Assembly: GCA_013265495.1 (NCBI GenBank)
Contig: MU058844.1
Location: 3,725,895-3,789,894 of the forward strand
Length of the DNA stretch: 64,000 nt
Reading direction: 5' to 3'
From: Vicugna vicugna
Lineage: Eukaryota
Below the pieces are notes generated by a model that worked only from the letters and a program-made list of their open reading frames with translations, ran no database searches and was not told where the DNA came from. Shown here piece after piece: positions 12,595 through 22,905 of the stretch. The position numbers and the translations under genes were made by a program. The first letter of the stretch is position 1; every line of letters starts with the position of its first letter.

Positions 12595-13346
12595 CACAAC
12601 AGGCACTTTTATCAATAGCTGACTTGTTCCATTGCCATAGAAGGTGGACAGAGGCAAGCTCTTCTGTCTCCTGGTAAAGGTCTTTAACTCAGGCTTTCAG
12701 ACATCTTACCAGATGTCCTAGAGCTCTACATCTGAATCCATTTTGCTTTAAAGTGGTCAATTTTGACTGTAAATACATTTAATTTTTTTAAACTAAATGG
12801 TAGTCAGATTATAAAATGGCTTAAAAGCAAAAATGCTGTCAAACATTGCTGTTTTAGGGTCTTGATGACGATAATAATAATAGCTAACATTATTGAGAGC
12901 TTACTATGTTCTAAGAAGCATATTAAGTACTTTATGTGCATTATGACATTTTTTCTTATAACACTTTTATGAACCTATTATATCAATTTAGAGAAGTGGA
13001 TGCCGAAGCTTAAAATGCTCAAATAGCTGGCACAAAATCATACAGCTATTGAAGAGTATTTCTGAGGCTCAAACTAAGTTGGTTTATCAATTGTTCATCT
13101 AAAAACTGTACAATACAGCCACTGTGAATAGAAGAAAAACATAAAAATGGTCCCTTATTGCAATGTTTTATGGCTTTTACAATTTCATGTGGTTGCGTGA
13201 TGGACTGTGGTCGAGGTAAGTTGACCCCGTGCTGTTAATTGGAATGTCAAGTGAACATCCTGTGCCTGGCTACTTGAAAACGCTGCCCCTGGGGTTCAAC
13301 ATAGCATCTCAGTGATGCAGAATTAAATTTTTAAAAAGGCACCCTA

Positions 13347-13482
13347 CTCTCTGGTTCTATGATTTTGACTTTTTTGAATTCCATATATAAGTGGGATCAT
13401 ACAATATTCATCCATCCTGTGTATGGCTTATTTCACTTGGCGTGATGTCCTCAATAAAGCTGGAAAAAATTAAATAAAAAAT
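13347..13482. mobile_element. Short L1MA insertion with 5' inversion
   Basis: A minus-strand L1 3'UTR piece is joined to the plus-strand terminus 'ctcaataaagctggaaaaaa' and an A-tail. Flanks aaaggcacccta / aaagacatccta. Confidence 0.7.
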
Positions 13483-14016
13483 AAAGACATCCTAACTGTT
13501 GGAGATAAGATAAATTGAGTGAAATGACCTACATAGACTGTGAAAGAAAAGTCACAGTTCTTTTTTATCAGGGTAGAAAGGTCACACAATTTTCAAGATA
13601 ACCAAAGGCAAACAAAAAACAATGAGAGAGAGACTTAGGTTCCATGTCAGGTGATGCAAGCATCTACCTCTCTTCTAACTCCAACTACTGAAACATCTCT
13701 ACCTCATCTCTGAGTGACTCTCAGGCTACCATAACCCTCTTTTACCCCTTAAGTAAAATCAGAAACACTTTTATGTTCACCAGGAAGATTCCAGCAACAC
13801 TACTTAAAACTCCTGTGACATACTAAGGAAATTTATGAAGGTCTTCTCTTTGGGGCTTTCTCCATAGATCGTCTTGGTGAATTTCCCCACAACTGAATGA
13901 ACTGTTGATGTTAGCATGCTTATCCAGTTTAGGCATTAAGGAAGTCAAAGTCTTGGGTCTGGTTATCTGTAATTGAGTAGATGTGTTTGAGAAGAGTTTT
14001 TTACCAACAACCCAGA

Positions 14017-14130
14017 GTTGTTGGTAAAATGCAGAATCTCAGGTTCTCACCAAACCGAGATGCTGCAATTCTAACAAGCTCCCAGGTGGTGCAGGTAGTG
14101 CTGGTCCATGAACCACCTTTGGAGTAGCAA
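14017..14130. mobile_element. MER5A-like MITE fragment
   Basis: 'ggtaaaatgcagaatctcagg...tgcaattctaacaagctcccaggtggtgcaggtagtgctggtccatgaaccacctttggagtagcaag'. Confidence 0.75.
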
Positions 14131-14189
14131 GAACTTAGAACAGTGGCTTTCAAACCCGTCTCTACATCAAAATCACTGGGGCAACTTTT

Positions 14190-14985
14190 CTTCCTTCCTT
14201 CTTTTTGTTTGCTCTAACAGCCTCATTGAGATATAATTCATATACCATAAATTCACTCATTTACATTGCACAATTCAGCAGCTTTAGTTCACAGAGTTGG
14301 GCAAGCATCACCACAAGCAATTTTAGAATATTTTAATCACCTTCCCCCCAAACTTTTTACCCATTAGAAGTGCATTCCTTCATTCCCTCAACCAGCACCA
14401 CCCCCCTCAACATTTTAGACAACCACTAATCTACTTTCTGTCTCTCTATATTTGCCTATTCTGGCCATTTTGTATAAATGGAATCATGCAATATGTGGTC
14501 TTTTGTGTCTGGTTTCTTTCACTCAGCACAGTTTTTTCAAGATTCATCCTTGTTGCAGTATGTATCAGTGCTTCCTTACTTTTTATGGGCAAATGATATT
14601 CCACTGTCTGGATAGACCATGTTTTTATTAATCAGCTCATTGTTTGGTGGATCTTTGGGTTGTTTCCACTTTTTGGCTATTATGAATAATGCTGCTATGA
14701 ATATTCATATACAAGTTTTTGTCTTGGCATATGTTTTCAGTTTTCTTGTGTATGTTCCTAGGAGTGGAATTACTGGGTCATGTGGTAACTCTGTTTAAAC
14801 TTTTGAGGAACTGTCAGACAAAGCTTCTATACAATACAATTTGACATTCCCACTAGTGGTGTATGAAGATTCCAATTTCTCCATATTGTCACCAACACTT
14901 GCCTTTTTGATTATAGCTATCCTAATGGTTGTGACAGTGGTATTTCATTGAGACTTTGATTTGCACGTCCCTGGTTGCTAATGGT
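14190..14985 (-). mobile_element. L1MB-type 3' fragment, nested in a MER5-like MITE (14141-14189 and 14986-15105)
   Basis: 'cagcctcattgagatataattcatataccataaattcac...aaccactaatctactttctgtctc...ttttggctattatgaataatgctgctatgaatattc'. MER5 halves lie on either side. Confidence 0.85.
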
Positions 14986-15719
14986 CAGCTTTAAAAAAGC
15001 ATTTATTCCTAGACTCTGCTCCACATCTACTGAATCAGAATTTCTGAGAATTTGGATTGATTTATAATTTATACTAAATTCTTCAGGTGATTTTAATAAC
15101 CAGCTCTCTGAACTGTGTTCCATCCTAGCAATTATCTCCAGGGTATCTCCAATTATCCTTACCTTAGCCTTAAGGACAAGTGATTTCAGAATTCTTTATG
15201 TCATGTGACTTGATAAAGTAGATTAGAAAATGTATTTCTTTTGCGACACACAGATTAAAAAATTGTAGATCTTCCAAATGAAAATGTTTCTGAAGGCCAC
15301 ATTGACAATTTTCCTGCTAACAATAGAATTTTCAGCAGTGTGAATTCTTGATAGACATTTGAAAAGGGAGTCTTCTCTGAGCATGAGTACATGACTTTAT
15401 AGTTTATTCATTTGAATGGCTAGTCTGTAGCAGCTATGGTTTGGATGCCTACAGAATCCAGGATCAATTAATTGGGTAACAGTTTAAAAAATACATGATA
15501 TCCAAGACAGGGTGATTTAGTAGATGTGTTCAGGGAATGGGGAAAAAAGAATTCTTGTCCTGGTTCTAATTTACTCTAGCTATTAGACAAGTCAACTTTC
15601 TCTCTTGTCAGAGTTGCCTCATCTAGTGAGGTAAAAGTAAATTACAGAGAATAAAACACTGACTTGGATAAATGTGTGTGTCCTGGTGTCCACTTTCAAA
15701 AGCTGCCACTAAAATAGAT

Positions 15720-15950
15720 ACCATTTATTTACTGACGGTTTGCTATTAGCCAATATTATGTTAAATGCTTCCTACATTTCTAGTTTAATCCTTACACCAC
15801 TCCAAGGTAAATATTATTACACCCACTTTATAGATAAGAAAATTAACATTCTTAGCAGCTAAGAAACTGGCTGAAGGATAGACAGCTATTAAGGTGTAGA
15901 GCTGGAATTTGAAGCTAGTTGCCTTTAGACCTGGCTTTATAGTCCTCAAC
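15720..15950 (-). mobile_element. MIR SINE
   Basis: 'tttaatccttacaccactccaaggtaaatattattacacccactttatagataagaaaatt...agagctggaatttgaagc'. Confidence 0.75.
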
Positions 15951-16221
15951 TTGCCTTACCAGAAATATAACAATGATAACAACAAAAACCAAACAGTAAC
16001 CAACCAAGCAAAACAGACTCCCAAAAATGTGTTTAAAAAATATTTTGTAATCCCACTGTCCAGAAAGAAAGGGATTTTGTAATCCCACTATCATCTGCTG
16101 TGTTTCTGCTCAGTTTCTTTTCTATGCTTATACAGCTGAAGTAGGGACTTCAGTGCAAATGCATTTCTAGCAATCAGTGGACAAAGGAAAGGGGTTACCA
16201 CTGAATGAAGACAGTATAGAT

Positions 16222-16832
16222 GACTGGATAAAGAAGTTGTGGTATATTTATACAATGGAATACTATTCAGCCATAAAAAACTGACAACATAATGCCATTT
16301 GCAGCAACATGGGTGTCCCTGGAGAATGTCATTCTAAGTGAAGTAAGCCAGAAAGGGAAAGAAAAATACCATACATATCAATCATATGTGGAATCTCAAA
16401 AAGGAGAAGGAGAAGGAGAAGGAGAAGGAGAAGGAGAAGGAGAAGGAGAAGGAGAAGGAGAAGGAGAAGGAGAAGGAGAAGAAGAAGAAGAAGAAGAAGA
16501 AGAAGAAGAAGAAGACAAATGAACTTAAATAAAAAACAGAAACAGACTCATAGACATAGAATACTAACTTGTGGTTGCCAGAGGGGAGGGAGGTGGGAAG
16601 GGACAGACTGGGAGTTTGAAATTTGTAGATATTGACATATATATACATATAGAAGAGATAAACAAGTTTATACTGTATAGCACAGGGAAATATATACAAG
16701 ATCTTGTGGTAGTTCATGATGAAAAAGAATGTGAAAATGAATATATGTATATTCATGTAAGAATGAAAAATTGTGCTCTACACCGGAAATTGACACAACA
16801 TTGTAAACTGACTACAACTCAATTAAAAAAAA
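16222..16832 (+). mobile_element. Young 5'-truncated L1 (ORF2 C-terminus, 3'UTR, poly-A); camelid-like subfamily
   Basis: Encodes the ORF2 C-terminal peptide 'MPFAATWVSLENVILSEVSQ'. 3' end 'gaaattgacacaacattgtaaactgactacaactcaattaaaaaa'. 14-bp TSD aagacagtatagat (16208-16221) / aagacaatatagat (16833-16846). Confidence 0.93.
16403..16513 (+). repeat. Compound purine microsatellite (GGAGAA)13(GAA)11
   Basis: Counted directly from the sequence. Confidence 0.95.
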
Positions 16833-16849
16833 AAGACAATATAGATTTT

Positions 16850-17035
16850 GATGTCACATGGGGCATTGTTTGCAACCTGCCTTAGCTGTGTGATTTTGGG
16901 CAAATTAACCTCTTGGGGCTCACTTTCCTCATCTGTTAAATGCTGGTCGCAACACCTACCTCACAAGCTTAGTCAGTGATTAAGAATAGCGGCTAAACAT
17001 ACGTAACATACGAGAGGTATTCAATAACTGGTAGG
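16850..17035 (+). mobile_element. MIR SINE
   Basis: 'ccttagctgtgtgattttgggcaaattaacctcttggggctcactttcctcatctgttaaatg'. Confidence 0.8.
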
Positions 17036-17099
17036 GAGCAGTAAAGTTTATTGACTGAGAGGTACTGGAAACATTGGTCCGTGAGGGCCATGTGACATC

Positions 17100-17730
17100 C
17101 AGTTCCTTCGGCCAAAAGTCTAGAAATTAGTCTCCATTGCTCTTTTTCCCTCATCACCTGAATTCAATCCATCACCAAATCTTGCCAACTCTATCTGCAG
17201 AATATGTCCCCAGTTGGACTACTTCTTATCTTCAAGCTTACCATAGCAGGGCAAGCCCCTCTCACCTTTCACCAGGAATCCAGCTGGCCAGCTTCTAGCC
17301 TCCTACAGAATATTCTCCACACTGTAGACTGAAAAAGCTGTTAAAAACATAAACCAGCTGAAAATCCATCCTTGAAGAAAGTCCTCCAGAGGTTTTCCAT
17401 TGCTTTTAAAATGAAACCCAAGCTTCTTATCCAGCCAGCATGGACCCCTACAGTCTCCCTCTGCCTTCCTTCTTGAACCCATCATTATCATGTTCTCATG
17501 CACCAGCTTTCTTTTCGCTCCTTTCAGGACCACTAATAGTTTCCCCCCAAGGTGTTTTTTTGACTTGCCACCTGGACTTCTCCACTTCTGCCCAGTCCTC
17601 TGTATGGCTGACTTCCTTGGTTCAGTTCAAATCCCTCTTCCTCAACAATGTCTTCCTTGATTACCAATAAAAAATTTCACTTCCACTCTGGGCTCCCTTT
17701 ACCTATTAACATGTTTTATCTTTTTTTATA
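17100..17730 (+). mobile_element. L2 LINE fragment
   Basis: 'ttcaatccatcaccaaatcttgccaactctatctgcagaatatgtccc...attctccacactgtagactg...ctccagaggttttccattgc'. Confidence 0.7.
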
Positions 17731-18494
17731 CCGCATATAATATTTTTTGATTGTTGACATATTTGTTTACATATATTTGTGGAAACAATTTCTTGTATAA
17801 TATAGTATCCTATATTCAAGGGAAACAATTGCTGGTATAGTGCTGATAACTAAGGATCGGCATAGTTTGAAAGGTCAATGAATTGCATGCAAGAGGGAGT
17901 GCAGTAGAAGTCAGAAAAGGGAAAATCCAGTGGTCTAAATTCTCAAGTTCACAAGAAGCCAGGTTCCTGACTGATGCTGCTTAGAATCGTGGTATTGAGG
18001 GGAGGGAGACAAGAAGAGCCAGTGAGGCAATAAATTCATGGTGAATAGGGGGCCAGAAGCTTGATAGACTGGAGAAGGGAAACTGATTTGAAGAAATGAG
18101 TGTAATGCCTAGAAAAGGTGCTGGAGGCAGGCTGCCAAGAGTCTCAAACCTCAGGTAGACAGACATCGATGAGCTTTCCAGAAGCAAAAAGTCTTTATGT
18201 TCTCTCTTTTCAGCTGGTTTCAGTTCCGTCATATTGAGCTTCTCCCATACAATCCATGGGAGAAGTCTTTCCTTTAGAACTGCTTAAATACCAGAGATTT
18301 GCACTGGTATTAAAGACCTTTGCCTTTAGTTAAATGTGTGTTCTAATGGTACAGTCTAGCCAGTGAAGACAGAAACCAGGTTGGGCTCCTCTGTGATAGA
18401 AAATAACAAAAACAGCTAGAAGAAAAATTACATTGTGCTTGCCATGTTTGGTTTGGGATAGGCAATGCCATTCTGCAGTTTAGAAAAGGACATT

Positions 18495-18670
18495 TGTTTG
18501 TTGTAAATTTTATTTTCTATGGAAGTGTAGTTGGTTTTAAATGTTAGTTTCAGGTGTATAGAAAACTATTTCAGTTATGAATATACATACATATAAATAC
18601 ACATATATTTTTAGATTCTTTTCCATTATAGCTTATTACAAGAAATTGAATATAGTTCTCTGTGCTATAT
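18495..18670 (-). mobile_element. Short lineage-specific L1 3' end
   Basis: 'gaagtgtagttggttttaaatgttagtttcaggtgtatag...gattcttttccattatagcttattacaagaaattgaatatagttctctgtgctatatag'. The direct repeat tagaaaagga lies on both sides. Confidence 0.85.
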
Positions 18671-19434
18671 AGAAAAGGATCTTTTCAGTCATTCAGAGGG
18701 GCTTGTACTATGCAAACACACTTTCATTAGTAACGTTATTTATCATAAAAAAAGCAAAGAGTTTTTCTCTTTTTAGCTGCAGGCTTATAGGACTTCGCTC
18801 CAAGCTGTTCTGATCACAAGAGGTCATTTGTGGTGACAGGAAATTGTGCACGTCTCTACCTCCCCCTCCTCAGTTTTCCTTTTCCTTTGGGGAGGAAAGT
18901 TTATCCCTTTCATAACTCTTGAAGAATCAAAGTATATGAAAATCAATGTGCCATAGATGAAGTTTTCCAAACTTCAGAAGCCACGTGCCCTTGGGCACAG
19001 AAGGAACTGCCTGCCACCCAAGTGGTCCCCAGCATCCCCCTCCAACCCCCACCCCGAACCCAGCCCCCTCCCAGAAGGCAGATCCTAGATCATTCAGTGT
19101 GTTTGGAGGGCATTTGGGAGCTAAAACAGATGTCTTACCAGAAGTGTTTCTTCCTATTTGGAGGAAGAATAAGGGAACAGCGTGGGTTGTTGAACTTGTG
19201 TGTTTGGGGATGGAAGGATGTTGGAGGCTTTTGCCAAATCATTTCTTTCCTGAGGCACCCGTCTACCGTGGGCTGTATCAACTTTTCTGCTTGGCCTTGA
19301 AAATCGAGTTTCAACAACAGCCACCCATTCTGCTAGAGACCTGCTCTGTGTTTTTAATTTTAACTCTTGAGTCTTTGGTTATGCACTAAAGTACTGTGAA
19401 ATCAGAGCCAATGTGTTTTGGGTGGAAGGGAGGG

Positions 19435-19700
19435 TGATATTTTATATGCATATGTAATATATATGTATTTACATATGCATGTCTCCTCTATAAAATGTAT
19501 ATATAATATATGTAAAATATACACACCCACATATATACATATACATGCATGTATGTATATGGGTGTGTACCCACATATGTATGTACATGTATGTATAAAT
19601 GTATATATCCAAATATATTTATAACATGAGGTATATTATGCATGAGCTATATATCTCTATTATACATAAATATAAATTATGCATTATGTATGTATATTTG
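19435..19700. repeat. Degenerate (TA/TG/CA)n low-complexity tract
   Basis: Alternating purine-pyrimidine runs (atat, acat, gtat) over about 260 bp. Confidence 0.85.
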
Positions 19701-20139
19701 AGTGCTTTTCTGCAACCCTTTGGACTGTCCTGCAGTTTTCTCTTTCTCCTCCTGTTTTCCATCAGCTCTGCAGAGATTGTTTAAATGGAAATTCTCTGAC
19801 TCTTCTTCCCCTTGCCAGGACCAGGGACACAGATGACTGAGCTCTGGCTGTTCTCCTGGGGGCAGGGCAGGAGACACTGTGACCTACAGGAAGCTTCCTC
19901 GCTGGAGAAACACAAAGGAGTCCTGTCTGAGGCACTTCCCATGAGGCAGCTTCGGGCTAGCCTGAGTTTATGGACGTTTTTCCCTAGCTACCTAGGGAAG
20001 TTCTGCATCTAGTTTAATTTAGTAAGTGAATTATGTCTTCGTCCACCAAACTCAGGAGGAGTGGGAGGTAGGGATCCTACATTTTGTGCCCAGTTCACCT
20101 TCATGGGGTAGGAGGTGTCCCTTTTACTTCTCACAACAT

Positions 20140-20482
20140 CATGGGGTCCCCATTAAGACTGGATCCTCCTGGAGTTTTTAACTCTCAGGGGTGTCCATGC
20201 TGAGCCTTCAGCAATTCGTCAATCTCAGTTCTGGTTTTCCTACCCCAGCCCTGGTTCCCCGGTGGTGTCTGCTCCTGAGTTTCTGTTCCTGTAAGCCGTG
20301 ACTTCTGTATTCGCCTGTCTCTCCAATCTAGGGGGCAACTGTTTGGTTTGCTCTCTGTCCTCCACTCTCTTATGGTTACAAGAAGAGTTGCTAATTTTTC
20401 AACCTGTTTAGCTTTTTACTTGTTGTTAGGACAGGATGGTGATTTCCAAGTTCCTCACATGCAGAAACAGAAACTGGAAGTC
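20140..20482 (-). mobile_element. Old L1 5' end (L1MD-like 5'UTR)
   Basis: The reverse complement begins 'gacttccagtttctgtttctgcatgtgaggaacttggaaatcaccatcctgtcctaacaacaagtaaaaagctaaac', resembling the L1MDa 5' terminus as recalled. Confidence 0.65.
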
Positions 20483-21619
20483 TTACTTCCATACACCTGA
20501 ATGTTGACTATTTCAGTTCATGGTAGCAGGCCGAAGGGTTATAAGGTTAAACTCAAGGTAGGCATTTCCTCCAGTTAAAGGTGCCAGGGAAATTATTTAT
20601 GGGTGAAGAGGAGGAGGCAGTGGAAGTTGTTAGCTCAGTGAAGCGTTTGGATTCATATGGATTATAAATTGTGAAAGATGCAGATGGTTGAGAATTGCCT
20701 TAACATGAAGTCTGATTCCAATTGTGGATTTGCGTCTTGGGGGCGATGGAAATAGGCAATGAGAATGACCCATGAAAGAACTAAGAGCAGTCAACTTTTG
20801 ATAATTCCATTAAGCAGATTTTTTTCTTCCACAGCTGAATCCTTAGGAGTTCGGTAATTCTCCCTTGTAATGAATGTTTTCCCTACAGCTGGTTACATCC
20901 TTACAGTGTGTGTTGGCTTGTGTTCTCCAGTGATGTAAGAGTTGAGGAAAGGCCATTAGCTGTGTGAGTTGAAGACCACAGATGTTCCCCCCCGCTCCCC
21001 ATCCCTGTCAATTTTTCAGATGTGAATCTCAGTGTTCTGGGACGCCTGGTAGGAAGTTCTGGGAAATAATTCTGGGATAACAGAAGTTTTAAACAATGCC
21101 CATTGCAAACACAAGGACACTGTAAATAAATGGAGTCTCCCGTTTACTTCCCTTTCAGCCGTAAATACATCTTTTCCTCTTCTGGACTTTATTGGTTCCC
21201 TCTTACAGGACTTCTAGCTTGCAGCATCCTTGGCGGATTTAGTTTATCTCCATTCTTCATCTAGTCTTTCCTCTATCATCAGGCCTTCCTCTTGCTCTCT
21301 TAGGATAGACACTCCTTCCTGCAGCTGCTTGAGTAACAGACAAGGAGCCTTCTTTGGCCACTTCTGGGGCAAGAGTGGACAAATAATGGGGCAATTCACT
21401 GGGACAGAGGTTCTCAAAGCCAGAGATGGGTTATTCTCAATCCTTCCATAGTTTAGGAGTGTCTTTCAGATAACACCCACATTTGTCTTGCACTATTTGG
21501 GTATGCTATCTTGTACTTCAGAGAATATATGGAAGCCATTGGAGGGAAAGTCCCTCAAGCTTCTCTACCAAATATACTAATCTACCTACATTTGCATCTA
21601 CCCTCCCCAGTTGTTAAAG

Positions 21620-21800
21620 CAAAGCAGTATTTCTTTAAGTTTTGTCTCTGGAGCACTTGCATTGGAATCATCTGGACTGCGTGTTGGAAAAAGGCTAGAC
21701 CTTTTGATTCAGAAACCCAGGGGGTGGGTAGGGCATGGAAATTTGAATTTTAACGCACACACTTGATTTTCATGTGCACTGGTATTTAAGAACTACCATC
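21620..21800. mobile_element. MER5A-like MITE
   Basis: 'ggagcacttgcattggaatcatctggactgcgtgttggaaa...gattcagaaacccagggggtgggtagggcatggaaatttgaattttaac'. Confidence 0.7.
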
Positions 21801-22344
21801 TTAACCTACTGATTATACTTCCACTAATATATTCACCCCCTTCGCTATAAGAGAGAGAAATAGGAATCTGTATTGATTAAGATCAAGAACACTGGAGCTC
21901 TGGGCCAGTTTCTGAAACTCTGTGCTTCCATTTCTTTATCTGTAAAATGAGAATAATAAGAGACTATAACACTCCAGAGACTAATGGGAAGGACTAAATA
22001 TGTAAATATGTGTAAATTTAGAACACTGTCTTCCATATGACCAACAAGATATGCGTTGGCTGTTTTCATTATTTCCTATCAATACCCTCCCTTCCTATCA
22101 ACATATGCAAGACTCTCCTATTATCCTCCACAGACCCTTTATCTCTTTCTGTAGTCACAATAATATCTCCTTTCCTTTTTATTTCTTTCAACAGGTCCCA
22201 TTTCGCACCCTCTCCCCACCCCCCCAGGGAAGGACTTTAGTACGAGATAAGATTCTTCTCTTAACCCCACCCTTTAACCTAGTTCTTTTCTACTCATTCT
22301 TCCATTGTCCACTCACTGGTCCCTTTTGTAGGGAACCCTCAGAC

Positions 22345-22585
22345 TAAGCAAATGCCCCTTTTATGTGCTTCAAAATCCTGCATAGCATTTATTATAGTCA
22401 TGATTTTATGTTTATTTGTACAACTATTTGATTAATGTCTGTCTCTTCCACTAGACTGAATGCTCTGAAAGATCTGGGACTCTGCTGATATTTCCATCAA
22501 TGTTTCCCTGATGCTGAGCACTGGTCCTGGCACATAGTAGGTTCTCATAAATCTCTGTTACATTAATGATGAACAGATATGAATG
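22345..22585 (+). mobile_element. L2 3' end
   Basis: 'aatgtctgtctcttccactagactgaatgctc...gcactggtcctggcacatagtaggttctcataaat'. Confidence 0.8.
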
Positions 22586-22659
22586 TACATAAAAATCCTA
22601 AGGAGAGAGCCAAAGTTGGGCTGCTGGCAGTACTTCACCATTATTTAAAGAGGCTACCT

Positions 22660-22905
22660 TTAACGTAAGACAGACCTGAGGACCAGTCTTCACTCTGCTG
22701 TGTGCCAACTATTCTTGGGCAAGATACTTAATTTTTCAAGGGGCTCCTTTCCTCACCTGTGAAATGACTATACCACTCTAGGGAAGTACAGCGTCTATCA
22801 TACAGGGTTGTTACGGGGATTAAAGAGAAAATGCATGCAAAGGACTTAGCACAATGCTTGGGCCAAAGCAAATGCCCAATAAATGTTCATTATGATGTGA
22901 TGATA
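22660..22905 (+). mobile_element. MIR SINE
   Basis: 'cttgggcaagatacttaatttt...tttcctcacctgtgaaatg...tcatacagggttgttacggggattaaagagaaaatgcatgcaaaggacttagcacaatgcttgg'. Confidence 0.85.

Noticed and set aside
16292..16522. ORF with GEGEGE...EEEE resembling RPGR ORF15 or an acidic protein
   Set aside because: The N-terminus is L1 ORF2 and the acidic part is a microsatellite. The whole ORF lies inside a TSD-bounded L1.
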